Below, one piece after another: positions 30,494 through 43,846 of a DNA stretch of 64,000 nt (positions are counted from its first letter, which is position 1; each line of letters opens with the position of its first letter). A program made the position numbers and the translations under genes. The notes under the pieces were generated by a model. It searched no databases. It was not told where the DNA came from and worked only from the letters and a program-made list of their open reading frames with translations. The stretch is taken from contig OZ024742.1 in NCBI GenBank assembly GCA_964016885.1, positions 250,232,001 through 250,296,000 on the forward strand. The letters are read 5' to 3'. This stretch comes from Eledone cirrhosa. Lineage: Eukaryota.

Positions 30494-30700
30494 AGTAGAG
30501 CGTCGGACACCATGTGCCGTGGCATAGAGTTACATCCCTCTACGTTATGAGTTCAAATCCTGCTGAGGTTAGCTTTGCCTTTCATCCTTACCAGGCCAAT
30601 AAAATAAAGTACCAGTCACGCACTGGGATTGATTTAATCGACTTTCTCCTCCCCCAAAATTGCTGGCCTTGTGCCTAAAGTAGAAACAATTATTATTATT
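30494..30700 (+). mobile_element. SINE family A
   Basis: B box GAGTTCAAATCC, core and (ATT)n tail. Confidence 0.85.
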
Positions 30701-30869
30701 ATTGCTAACTTCTGGTTTTATGTTGAATACCTGCTGTTACGTGTGGGACAGATCTGGCTATGAACTGACTTCATTGTAAAGATCACCCAGCCACCTTCTT
30801 TTAGTCGGAAAGGACAGGCAGTTTTACCTGCCCGGTGACCACAACAAAATAGGTTGTATGTTTGACGGG

Positions 30870-31302
30870 AGAGAAAGGGCTGAAAACAGACGCTTTCCTA
30901 TTTGACAATTCCCTGATTAACCTTTTCAAGATTCACTTGAAGAGGAAAAGGAAGTGATGTCTTCTAGATATTTTGTTGAATGTGAACGAAAGTGGGGCTA
31001 GCGTGGTTGGAGTGAGCGTACCCTTCCTAAGTGCATAGACTAAAGGCACTTTTCTTAGCGGTCAGATTAACCGTGGCGTTTTGTGGGACTTTTACACAAA
31101 TGGTCCTAGCATATCTCCTCGCTCTTGCTGAATTATATTTGTTATATTTTTCTTGTTACCTTCCCTTTTGTTTGTATCTCCTGTTTACATGCAAACACCT
31201 GCCTGCCCGCCCCCACACAGATATACAATGTTCTGTTTCGTGCCGTGCTTAATGTCTTCTTCATGTGAACTAATTGTGGTTAATAAAGAAATTATTATTA
31301 TT
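30870..31302 (+). mobile_element. Tx1-like LINE 3' fragment
   Basis: LINLFKIHLKRK matches the 36190 region; ends in GTGGTTAATAAAGAAATTATTATT. Confidence 0.7.
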
Positions 31303-31999
31303 GTTATATATATTTGCTTAGTGTTTGTATGAGCTGACACCAAATCTCACCCAAAGACCTCACGAGAAAACGAGTTATAAGTTTCAGTGAGCATTATGAC
31401 TAGAACGCTTGATAACTGCCATGTTTTGTGGAAGAATGTAGTTCGGTGATAAGGATTTCTATTTTAATCGTGTCTTGGGTTCGTACGAAATATTGCTCTA
31501 TAAAATATGTCAAAACATAAGAAAATTAAAAGTTTGTTAAAAAGTAGTTTGATGTTAAAATGATAGTATGATAATAAAATGCTATTATGTACATCTAAAA
31601 GTACTTTTGATAATATGTTTACAATTTTTAAAAAATCGTTAGAGCGTCTGACAAAATGCTTTGCGCCATTTGTTACGGATCTTTAATTACTCAGTTCAAA
31701 TAATACTAAGATCAATTTTGCATTTCCTCCTTCCGTCCGAGGGCTATGAAATAAAGTATTAGGATCGGTATAATCGATTTTCCCCTTCCCCTCAAAAATG
31801 CTGGCTTCATGCTTTATTTAGAAACCATTATAGTTTTAGAAATCAGGTCGTCAATTTGTTTTTGTTTTCAATATTTCGTGTTTTAACGTGTTTTCATGTC
31901 ACCCCATTGTTCATCCTTTTGCACTATTCTCTATCCTCTGTAAAACATTGAGGAAAATAAGGAAAGACTATTTAGGATTGTTTATAAGTGTATAAACAC

Positions 32000-34900
32000 C
32001 CGCAATGGAACCAAGAGCGACACGCTTAGCGACTCGTACAGATGGTAGGAAAAAAAATCAAACAGACCAGACCAGAAAAATATTGAACGAATCCCAGATG
32101 TCACAGACCTCGATGACGGCAGCCACATCACTGTGATCGTCGATGGTAGAAGGTCTAGGGGTCACCTTTGTGGAGACAGAAGCCAGGTAAAGGCATTTTG
32201 CTTTCAGGAATTGACCAAAAAATCAAAGCCACATCTTCTTCGCCACTTCCCATAATGACTCCACCAACGGCAGCAGCAACGGAAACAAGAGCACCGCCAC
32301 GATTCACCACGCCAGAAGCAACAGTAGCTCCACAACCATCTACCAAGCCACGAGCAACAATAACACATGTGGAGGACATGCTTCTTCCTAACCTCGCACA
32401 ACTGGAGACGGATTTTGACGAGAAGGAGGGGTGGAAAAGCATCAGCAATAAGAAATGGACTCTCTTCCTAGAAAAAGAGGGTGAAACAAATAAAAAAGTT
32501 AATACGTCAACGCCACTAACACCACTCACGCCGTCATCACCAGCTCCACCACAACAAACACAAACACCATCATCTTCATGAACCCCAACACCACCACCAC
32601 CAACACCACAACAAATACCAACAACGAGCCAAACACACATGCGCAACCACAACAAAACGATAAAGCTGCAACGCATTACACGGACTTTGAAAAGAAAAAC
32701 AAACAATTATTGCACTACATCCAACACAACACCAGGCATCACAGAGAAAAGCTACACAACACGAATTTACATCAACCGCACACATACAAATAACACAAAA
32801 AATATATACTATTTTTTTAAAGGAAAATTACCCAATGGCATTGGCGATTTCCGTGAAAATCTCTCCAGAAGGATATACAAAGACATCCCTGCGGAGAGGG
32901 TCACAACCAGCCATAAGGACGGAGGTACCGTCATTTCTCAACAGGACAAGGGTAAGTAGTTTTTCCCACCTTTTCCAACTCTTCTTTCAACATGGCCTTA
33001 CTCAGAATAGGCAGCGTATATGCACGTGGCCTGGAATGGTCATTGATAAAGGGTCACCTGCTCAATGTCCTCAGGTCAATGAACATAAATGTGGTGGCCA
33101 TCAGCGAAACCAGAAATCCCGAGGCACAAACCTTGGCACCTATTTTAGGCGGGTACAAAGTGTACGCTTCTCTAAACCATCCGGGATCTGGAGGCGGAGT
33201 CGCTGTGATGTTTTGGAGGGTAAGGACTATCTTCCTGGACGCCGAAGGTAAGTTGGTATTGTTGGCCGTGACAAGCACTGAAGGTTTTGCTTTCATGCTA
33301 GTGTCTGTTTATGCCCCGACAGGGGCAGGACAGCCTGATTTCCTACGTTAACTGGAAACCTTCCAGGTAACGTCCTCTTCTTTATGTTAATGGGCGATTA
33401 GAACGGAATCTTGGATGTACCCTGGGACTGTGTGGGAGTAGCGGATAGGTAGGGAGGGTGCAAACCTGCTCAGGCAGGGAGGCCTTGCAAACCTGCTCAG
33501 ACGTTTCCAACTATCTGATAGGTCACGACTGGATTTCCCGAACGTGCCAATGTAAATGGACAAACCGCATCGAGTCATCCAGATCGTATCTAGATAGGGT
33601 ATTTTGTAAGGAAATAGAAAGTTCTAGCATAGGAGGTCTACAATTCAAGATAATCGTCTACACATACCACAAATGTGTGATCTGTGTGGTCGACTTATAT
33701 AGGCTCCATAGACAGGGACATGGCTACTGGTAGCTGAACGCGTCGTTCAGGGAGCGCAAAGCTTACAAAGACCGGATTAATGAATTAGTTATGCGCGCGT
33801 TGACGGGGGTAGTTGTCAACAACCAATGGTGATTTGCCCTGAAAAGTCTATTAAGTTTAGTAAATTCAGCAATAGAGATAAATAGAGTTGAGGAAGACCT
33901 AGTTAGACAATTAGACGAGGCGCTTAGTAAAGGCATCGCAACCGACGTGCTTGCGGTGAGATTGGCCCTCAACCAATTTTTTAACGCAGAGCACCAAGGC
34001 TGCGTTGTCAGAGATAGGACGCATTAGACACGTGGGGATGAAAGACATTCGATGGGTTCGATTGACAGAGGAGTGTCGAGGCAACGAAGACACGATCCGG
34101 TCTTTGGAGGACCACAACGGACGCATAGTACTCAAACACGGTAAAATGTGTGCGTCTTTTCAGCGGCGCTTCACTCAACTGTTCGAAGGCAGCGGTGGGT
34201 CGGATTGCTGAATGGACTTCAGTGCCTACTTCAACGATCTGACGCGGCTCGTGGCCACTGAGGCGGAGTGTTGCTAAAATCCTATCACAGCCGCTAAAGT
34301 ACGGGAAACAATAACTAGCTGCACGATGGGTAAATCACCTGGTTTGGATGATCTCTCCTACCAGCTATACGCACGCGTGCCAGATTTGTAAGGCGACCAC
34401 TTAGCGGACGTCTACTGCAAATGGCAGCAAAACGGAAGAATTCCCAGGTCTGTCAGCTCAGGAGAGTTGGTGCTGCTGAGAAATGATCCAAACAAGGGGG
34501 AGAACATAGATTATTTCAGACCCATATTTCTGCTGAATGTAGAGTTCAAGACTTTGGCCAAAGGGTTAGCGATGAGGTTGGCGCTTGTCATCTGGAGTCT
34601 GGTGGGAGACGTACAGACATGCGCCATTCTAACCAGATCCATCCCCGACAACCTCCGCCTCATGCGATACATCCTTGAGAGGGTAGCTAAGAAAGCTTTC
34701 GATAGGGTCGACCATCGGTATCTGTATGCAGTCCTGAGGGCGGCTATCTTTGAGCCAGTCTTCAGAGGCTTGATCCCTATCATGCACAGCGGCACCTGCT
34801 CTGTGGTGAGAGTGAACGGTCACATTTCGGAAACTTTCAACATCATGCGCTCGGTCCACCAAGGATCTTTCCTCTCATCCCTGTTGTATGCATTGATTCT

Positions 34901-36572
34901 CGAGCCATTACTGCACAAACTAGAGACGTTGAAGGCTGTCCCGCGAGAACTGAAATGTGGGAGAACCATATCAGCTTAGGCGAATGAGGTCACCATATTG
35001 GTGTCGATGACCAAACACATTGACAATGATCGACACTACTCTCGAGGAGCACGATGTGATGACGCGAGAAAAGATTAACCAGCAAAAGTCAGTGGGGCTG
35101 CAACTCGGCACCTGAAGAGGCAGTTCAATGCCGTCCAACAGCGTCGTCGGGCACTGGACGGACGGACCGTTTAAATTGCTAGGGATCTGGTTTGTTCCGG
35201 AACTTCAAATGGACAAAAACGGGGACGAGGTGAGGAGCAGGTCGGCCTCTCTCACACAGAAATAGGCTGATAGGAAGCTGTCCTTGAAAGGTCTGGTGGA
35301 GTTGGCGAACGAGTACATTGTGTCCATTATCTACTACCCTCTGACTATCGTGCTATATACTAAGCCTCGTTTGACTGCACTGGAGCATTTGGTCTGTCGC
35401 TTTGTGTGGAAGGGACGCGCTACGATGGTCAGACGGTCCATCTGTTGTCAACAACTGTTACGTAGAGGGCTGGGTATGCCGTGACTAATGATGCGAAACA
35501 TACGCTCGGGCTACGGCATCTCCAGCTCTTCCTTGACGGCGAACAGGTGTGGTCACCGTTTGATTGACGAGTTTTTCCTCAACACGTCTCCTTGGTAGAG
35601 CTGAAGAACTGGGCCAAGCGAAGGGAGCGCTTGGAGACCGGAATGGTTTCAGGCGCTCACATCCCTGTGTCAAACGGGCACTACGATCGGTGGAAACTCC
35701 ACCTTGGTGTTCTATAGAGGGTTAGAGGAGGAGAAGAGCGACGACGTCCTTGGGGAGATTCCGGGGGTCAACGAAAATCAACTAGCCAATCTCTTCCGGA
35801 AGATTTTGGGCTGGGGTCCATGGACAATTTCCAGAAATCCCTGGCCTGGCGCTGCTACCGAGAGGTGTTGCCTGTAGATAAACTCTACAGGCATGTAAGT
35901 GCCGTCAGCCAGATCTGTCTGAGATGCGCACAAGACAATGAAACTCTCTTGCACGCAATCGTCCAGTGTCGAAGCATTGCTGATGTGTGGCTTTATCTCG
36001 AACACATGCTGTCGCGTGTCTCACCAATCCTGCTATCAGCTGCGTCTGTGAATATTGCCCCGCCGCCTTCCTTTAGCCGAGAAATACATGCAGTTTTTTT
36101 TCTGACTAGTGGCAATGGCGAAAAAGGTTGTGGTAGACACATTTGAAAGAACTGAAGACGAGCACTTACCTCCTCGGCAAAGACCTGATTAACTTTTTTC
36201 AAATTTCATTTGAAAAGGAAAATCAGGGTGGAGAGAGAAGTGTTCCCTTCCCAGCAGCTTGTTGAAAGATGGTTGAGAAGGGTGAGCATAGCCCGAGTGA
36301 ATGGACCTACTCTGAGTGTGTGCCTGTAGATGGAAAACTGGGAGGGGGCATTTGCCCAGGTGGTCAGTGTCATCGTTGTTTTTGTGAGCTTTCTCCACGA
36401 GTGACCCTCGGAAGTCTTCCTCACTAATGGGGAATTTTCCTTTGTTTCCATTTTTTTGTTACATCCTTTGTTTTGCTTTTTTGTTATTTTCATTCACGCA
36501 GAAAGCCATATTTGTACCGTCCTGTACCGTCCTTAATGTTTCCTTTATGTAAATCCTTGTGGTTAATAAAGG
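32000..36572 (+). mobile_element. Near-full-length, heavily decayed Tx1/L1-clade LINE (ORF1 remnant; ORF2 APE-RT-zinc finger)
   Basis: ORF1: ITVIVDGRR..HLCGD...FC. APE: NVVAISET, SVYAPT, SYLDRVF. RT: KSPGLD, FRPIFLLNVEFK, KAFDRVDH, VHQGSFLS, A*ANEV (decayed YADD). C-terminal CLRC..ETLLHAIVQC. Many stops and frameshifts. Confidence 0.9.
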
Positions 36573-36583
36573 AATCATGGTGA

Positions 36584-36770
36584 TTTGGCAGTATCGGTAG
36601 AGCACCAGAGACCATGTTTTGCAGTATAAAGTCATGGCCCTTTACGTTCTGAGTTCAAATCCGCCGAGGTTAACTTTGCCTTTCATCCGTACGGGGTCGA
36701 TAAAATAAAGCACTAGTAATGCTCTGGGGTAATTGCTGGCCTTGTGCCAAAAGTAGAAATATTATTATTA
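36584..36770 (+). mobile_element. SINE family A at the LINE tail
   Basis: A and B boxes plus core. Confidence 0.87.
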
Positions 36771-37077
36771 TCATTGTTGTCGTTGTTCTTATTATTGCTA
36801 ATGCTCTATTGTCTCGTCTCTATTTTGTTGTTGTTGGTGTTAATGTCGTTGATGTCTTTCTTTATTTTTGTTACAGCTGTCGGTATCCGAAGCGTCTATG
36901 GTTTCTTTACTGTAAACCAATCTGTAAAATCTCAAAAGTAAACCTTTCTTTTGCCAAAGTATTCTTACTGCACTGTAGGTGGAACATTCCATCTCATTTC
37001 TGTTTCTGCTCTCTTCTTTAATGTCTTTCTAGAAATTTCAATTACATTCATACTTTGACTCTTAGAAATAGTCAACT

Positions 37078-37166
<89 letters not shown>

Positions 37167-37501
37167 ATCTATCTATCTCACGCACGCACATGTGCACACA
37201 TACACACACATAGATACACAATACATTGTATGTGTGAGATTCAGATAAAATGTTTTAACGTAGGACGCTCACATTCAATGGCACATACTGAATGTCTACC
37301 TGGACATATTATTCTGTAATTCTAGAGAAGGAAACATTGGATAACATAGTCTTAGATATTACAATGCTTGAAAGAAGGGTGGATAGGCATGACTGGAACG
37401 TAATTTATTATCAGTTTACTCTGACTGGGTTGCCCTTGAAGCTAAATAAGAATTACAGTACAACAAATGCGTACACACACACATGTATATATATATATAT
37501 A

Positions 37502-38056
37502 TAGGCTTAAAAATTGAATGAGAGTAAGAAGAAAGTAAGAACGGGGAGGGGGGGGGTAGTTTTCCTCGTCGTTATCTCCTGGGGAACTCGGATATTTCAA
37601 CGCTTTAAAGTCAATATATCTACCTCCAAGGCGTTCAATAACCGAGTAAGTTATTGGGAAAACGGAGGAGGGAGAGAAGGAAAATAGAAGGGAAAAGTGG
37701 AAAAGAGAAAACAGCGAAAAAACAACAACAACAAACCGAAGAATGCGCAGCAAGTGGAGAGAGAATCCAAGACCACAGTGGTAACCGAACATAATATCGC
37801 TGTGATCTTTGATCCTCTTTCCAGTTGGTGCACATTTTTTGGTTTGTTGTTTTTTTTTGCTGTTTTCTCATTTCCCCTTTTCCCATTCTCTCCCTCCTCC
37901 GTTTTCCCAATAACTTACCCAGTTATTGATTGCCCTGGGGGTAGATATATTGTCATTAAAGCGTTGAAATATCCGAGACCCCCAGGAGACAATTGACGAG
38001 GAACCCGCCTCCCCCCGTTCTTACTTCCTTCTTAGTCTCATTCCATGTTGAAGCCT
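37502..38056. mobile_element. Foldback/MITE-like element, almost entirely an imperfect palindrome (arms about 280 bp)
   Basis: TAGGCTT...GTAAGAACGGGG...GGATATTTCAACGCTTTAA...GTTATTGGGAAAACGGAGGAGGGAGAGAA is mirrored at 37795-38056, ending in AAGCCTA. Confidence 0.8.
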
Positions 38057-38098
38057 AACTTAACTAACAAATACACAACCGCCATATTCTCCATATAC

Positions 38099-38191
<93 letters not shown>

Positions 38192-38419
38192 GGTAATGTA
38201 AAGTCCAGACCGCGGCACCAAGTGGTGTCGGCTTGTGTATTCAAATTGCCATTCTCGATGTGTAGTAACTGAAAAGGGTTCTTGAACACACAAACCGAAA
38301 CCGCTTGACCCTGAAGTAGGGAATTTTACATATCTCTATACCTTCTCACCATTTCTCCTTGCATTGCGAAACTCCTATGGTTAGAGGTCTCCTCGGTCTT
38401 GTTACCACTGACTATATAT

Positions 38420-38670
38420 ATATATATAACCTTGACCACCTTGACCGACCAGTCTGTCGAGCGCCAATCGGCGCCGCTGGTCACAGCACGTCGTTCTGTT
38501 TTAGCCATAAGATAACGCCATCCCACTGGCTGGGCGGGCAGGCCGGTACTCATTTATATAGCTGAGTAAACTGGAGCAACGTGAAATAAAGTGTCTTGCT
38601 CAAGGAAACAACACGTCACCCGTTCCGAGAATTGAACTCACAACCTTTCGATTACAAGCCATGCGCCTTC
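38420..38670 (-). mobile_element. CORE-type tRNA SINE
   Basis: AAAGTGTCTTGCTCAAGGAAACAAC (reverse complement of CORE) and GAGAATTGAACTC (reverse complement of a B box). Confidence 0.78.
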
Positions 38671-39387
38671 ATATATATATATATGCGTGTGTGTGTGTGT
38701 GTGTATGTATATTCGTCGCACTGTCTGTGGCCTGCTCAGTGATACATGCTTGCTTATTTTTCAACTCTTGCTGAAATCTCTTGATCACATTTGTAATGAT
38801 GCTGAATATTTTAGGATTCGGAAGGTTCTTGTAGTTTGTTTTAAGGTAGGAAATTCTGGGGCTTACATCCGAATATGTTGTGTATATATAAATCACTTAT
38901 CTTTAGCGAATAAGAAAGCTTTCTATTACGCAGTCTTTATATTGTCTGCAGTCGTTTTGATTGTCATTTTAGGAACGTATAAATAGTCTGATACGAAGCA
39001 GTAAGTCGTTTGATCTTTAATTACTTTTAAATATTTCAACAAAATTTTGATGTGTTACATCAAAACTATATAAATTCTAAACATGTATTTATCATAGAAT
39101 TCCAATGACATTTTATATTCACCCTGACATTTGATTGTTGCATCTGTAGGGGACAACAAAGACTATAGTAGCAAATAAACTTGACATACTTTACATTTAT
39201 TCTGTTTATTTTATTTTGTTTTATGTTATTTTATTTCGTTTCAATTCGCATTTTCTACTTTTATATAATTATTTCTTTTGGTCAATAGAGAACCCCAGAA
39301 AATATTAGAGTTACTAATTATTTATGCGATTCATTATATTTTACCGAAATACAAAAGTGTAAATCTTAAACACAAAGAATAGAATGG

Positions 39388-39520
<133 letters not shown>

Positions 39521-39643
39521 TGGAATTTCGTATTTCTAAGAAACACGGCATGTTTATGGATAAACATTTAGAAAGCCGTAGCTATGCAAAAAACACCTGG
39601 GCAATCGCCCCCTGGGGGTGTCCAGCAGAAGCAAGGGGGACAC

Positions 39644-39685
39644 TCGTCGATGCATTTCGAACTTAACTGGTCCTCATCAGGACGA
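39644..39685 (-). ncRNA. Minimal type I hammerhead ribozyme, fully canonical core
   Basis: Minus strand: TCGTC-CTGATGA-GGAC cagttaa GTTC-GAAA-TGCA-TC-GACGA. Stem I is 5 bp, G10.1-C11.1 is present, stem III is palindromic ATGCAT, cleavage triplet AUC. Confidence 0.85.
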
Positions 39686-39838
39686 TCCCACTCTTGTGAC
39701 TGCTGGACTTGAAAACAGTCGAGAATATATAGTTTTCTCCTCTGTGTAAATGAGATGATTAATCTCATTTGCATATGAAGTTGCATAAGTTGGCTCAACT
39801 CAATATATATATATGTGTGTATATATATATATATATAT

Positions 39839-40945
39839 ACTAGATGGCCCGTGCGGCTGGCGTCCGGGTAGGTATACCGGCATTTTATCTTTTCAGGAAT
39901 CCCCCCTACACTAGTGCAAAGATACCGCACTCCCTCTCAAGTCAGCGAGGGTAAGATGGGGGGTTAGCATGCTCTGATATTGGGTTATATATATATATAC
40001 TAGATGGCCCGTCCGGCTGGCGCATGCTTAGTATACCGGCATTTTATTTTTCAGGAATTCCCTGTAGACGTTGACCTCTGGACACTCCTGTTAGGAGCAG
40101 ATAAGCTGTAGTGACTTAGAGGCCTAGCACCAATCTTCAGGACACTGTTTTCAAGACAAATGAGCGCCTCATTGAAAATGACATCGTATGTTACGTTCAG
40201 ATTGTGTCTGCGTGTGCGAGGGTGGATGTCCTCAGCTAGACTTTCGCGATGGTTGTTCCACAATGGTTGTTCCACAATGCGCAGTTGTGCAGCATAATAG
40301 CAAAAAGTTTTCGCAGCTGAGAAGGGATTTAGCAGTTGCTGCTTTTTGCAGGGTGAAGTGCCAATGGCTGTCATCGTGTAACATACCACGCATCTGGCAA
40401 GCCAAACGGTAAGTGGAACATTGATGGTTCGCAGATCTTGGGAAGACTGTGGTCGTCTTACCTCGAACAGTAACAATGACGATAAGCCATCTGTTCTTTC
40501 ATGAAATAAATAGTTTTTTGTTTTTGTGTATGCAAAAATATCTGTACACGAATATATATATATTAAAATAACAGATTAATGTTTAAGCAAAGAATCTCTG
40601 CTTTCACCTTTAACGGGATCTTCTGAAACTTAAAAACTCATTCTGTGAACGCAGAAGTAAATATTTCGAAAAAAGTTATCTAATGTAGACAGCCAGATAT
40701 ACAGACTAAGAAAAAGAGGGGAATGTTGTGCGACATCATAAGAAAAAATGAGGAATGACGTATAACCGGAAGTGTTGACATTTGAAATGTTAAAGAAGTG
40801 AATATTTAAATAATGTCTTTAATCTTTTAACAAAATTCAGTAGACAAAAATACCCTCACGTTTTTACTTGGAAAAGTTACATCTATGGTGCAAATTTGGT
40901 GCTGTTTGGTCCAGCCGATTGGCGGAATGTTTGTTACCTACACAC
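39839..40945 (-). mobile_element. Helitron derivative with a RepHel fragment and duplicated 3' ends
   Basis: 40051-40476 encodes LLFEVRRPQSSQDLRTIN...LWNNHRESLAED...IFNEALICLE. GC-rich segment plus CTAG termini at 39839 and 39999; the 5' end reads TATACTATAATG at about 40945. Confidence 0.78.
40579..40631 (-). ncRNA. Hammerhead-like motif with variant core CAGAAGA (family C)
   Basis: Minus strand: AAGTTT-CAGAAGA-tcccgttaaaggt-GAAA-GCAGAG att CTTTGC-TT-AAACAT. Confidence 0.5.
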
Positions 40946-40961
40946 GGACGTCAGCATTATA

Positions 40962-41058
<97 letters not shown>

Positions 41059-41097
41059 TCACACAAATACACACGTGTATATATATATATATATATA

Positions 41098-41139
<42 letters not shown>

Positions 41140-41144
<5 letters not shown>

Positions 41145-41260
41145 AACCAGTAAGACCCCGACAGCTGAGCTCAAGCCGTTTCGACGGCTAATTCTGGACG
41201 CTCCAGAATTAGCCGTCGAAACGGCTTGAGCTCAGCTGTCGGGGTCTTACTGGTTCCTAT
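41140..41260. repeat. Perfect hairpin, 59-bp arms, CGC loop; each arm carries the 3' half of a hammerhead
   Basis: The arms are exact reverse complements. The outward-reading strand has GTC-GAAA-CGGCT tgagctc AGCTG-TC-GGGG. Confidence 0.9.
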
Positions 41261-41365
41261 TACCCACTCGACTACCTCAAGTATTGAGTACTTTGGTGCG
41301 TTATGGTCCACCTGGTTCCTTACCACATTTCCTTCGTTATATATATATATATATATATATATACA

Positions 41366-41407
<42 letters not shown>

Positions 41408-41446
41408 TATATATATATATATACAGTATATATATATATATATATA

Positions 41447-41510
<64 letters not shown>

Positions 41511-41593
41511 TATATATATATATATATACTATATATATATATATATACTATATATATATATATATCCTATATATATATATATATATATATATA

Positions 41594-41624
<31 letters not shown>

Positions 41625-42028
41625 CTATATATATATATATATACTATATATATATATATATATATATACTATATGGTATTTATATATATATATATATATA
41701 CTATTTGGCTTGGTTGGTTTAACTAAAGGGTAAATCTAGTCATTTCGATTAGCTGACCGTAATGCAATTTTTCAAAAGCACTCAACGTTATGCGTAACCA
41801 CCATCGGAGGTATGGCATCTCGTGGTTGGTGTAGGAACGGAGTTAAATATTTCAATGAAAAAGGAAGGCCGAGACGCCCACTTCATTAGATGATAATGCA
41901 AGACATTTAGTGACGGCTCAAGGTTTGATTCACATAAAATGTTTAAAGGATATGTAATCAATTACTGGATTACGGCAAAATATAAACAAAGAACTGATAC
42001 GGACAATTCGACCAAAGTGACTGACGGC

Positions 42029-42066
<38 letters not shown>

Positions 42067-42186
42067 TGTATGTATAGTATATTTGACAATATACCGTATG
42101 TTTAATTAAAAACATTTAGAAGACCATACGCTATCAGCTTTAAAGTAGTGACTATGTCACTTCTTTTCGTTGAAAGAAGCGAGAGA

Positions 42187-42228
42187 AGCTGACAGTCTGT
42201 TTCACGCTGGTTGGCATTCATCAGAGCC
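42187..42228 (-). ncRNA. Type I hammerhead motif, copy 1 of a tandem pair
   Basis: Minus strand: GGCT-CTGATGA-ATGC caacca GCGT-GAAA-CAG a CTG-TC-AGCT; cleavage triplet GUC. Confidence 0.78.
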
Positions 42229-42467
42229 ACGCACTCCCCTACTTCTGCCGAAAATTATAGAAGCTGGATTCTTATAGAATTTCAGTAATAATCAGGAGCT
42301 GATTATACAGAGCGATTGCCGGTTCAGCAAAAATTACGTATTAGGATTGGTGCTCTGAAATAGCGATGTATACATGAATGTATGTATAGTATATTTGGCA
42401 ATATACCGTATGTTTAATTAAAAACATTTAAAAGACCATACGATATCAGTTTTAAAGTTGGGAGAGA

Positions 42468-42509
42468 AGCTGACAGCCTGTTTCACGCTGGTTGGTGTTC
42501 ATCAGAGCC
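42468..42509 (-). ncRNA. Type I hammerhead motif, copy 2 of a tandem pair
   Basis: Minus strand: GGCT-CTGATGA-ACAC caacca GCGT-GAAA-CAG g CTG-TC-AGCT. The pair lies in direct repeats 42062-42240 and 42374-42520. Confidence 0.75.
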
Positions 42510-42529
42510 GCGTACTCCCCGGTGGGAGC

Positions 42530-42622
42530 AGGGAGGTACGTGGTTCTGACGAACGCCGAGGACCTAACAATTCGACAGGTTGTACTGGGTTACATGTTAC
42601 CAATAGAACTACGTCGGGTCAC
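42530..42622 (-). mobile_element. 5' end of a family B element
   Basis: Reverse complement of GGTAACATGTAACCCAGTACAACCTGTC, next to TATG repeats. Confidence 0.6.
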
Positions 42623-42646
42623 ATACATACACCCACATGTGTGTGT

Positions 42647-42738
<92 letters not shown>

Positions 42739-43534
42739 GGACATAGCTCAACCGAGCAAATATTCACTTTGTGGTAGATCTTCGAAAATCGGGAAGATTT
42801 GCCAAGGTGGTGTCTGGTTGTTTCGTGAACCTCACAAAGACATGTGACAACGTTCCCTGGGAATTGATTTGGAAGGTGCTGTAGGAGTATTTATCTGCCC
42901 AAATTATGTGCTCAAATCCTGCCATGGTCAAATTTGCCTTTCATCCTTCTAGGGTCAATAAAATACACTACGAATTAAGTTCTGAACTCGATATAATCGA
43001 CTTTCTATTCTATTCAAAGCACAAACACGTGAATAAATAGGGAGGAATGTGTTTAAGGGTTAGACTGCCTCGTGTTTCCTGCCAACAGAATGTAGGAGGC
43101 GTTGTGCCGGAGGATGGTGGAGACGCGTAAGAACAGTCACTCAGCTCGCGGCGCCCCCTCCTACGGGTATTCAGTTTCTCCTCGATAGCAGTAAATAGGG
43201 ATGTAATCCGGAATTCATTTTTATCATTTCTTTGTATTTCTTCTATTTACTTCAGTTTCTTCGCCTTCTGAGAATGAATCAATGTTTCGAAGAATAAGAA
43301 TAAGGAAATGTCAAAGACTAACGCCAACTATTTCTAAACGAGATCCTTACGTAGATAGAATGTCTATGAGTTTGTCTGGGAAGGGGTAAAATTTCATTAG
43401 GCCCTCTTAAACACGAAAATAGAAAATATTTCTTTGAACAAAAGTATATGCTCTTTATTATGTCTTCCGAAATGATAATGTATTTCGTTGGTTCTTATAT
43501 CTATAACTGTTTTAAGCCACAAGCTATGCATAAC

Positions 43535-43593
43535 GACTACTACTACCACTACCACCACCATCACCACAATACCACAACGACTATTATTACTTT

Positions 43594-43679
<86 letters not shown>

Positions 43680-43768
43680 TTGCCCCCATCACTAGTACTT
43701 CTATTATCATCTCTATTACCATTACCGCCAACAACAACAAAGCCATCACCAACACCATCCCCACCACC

Positions 43769-43846
<78 letters not shown>

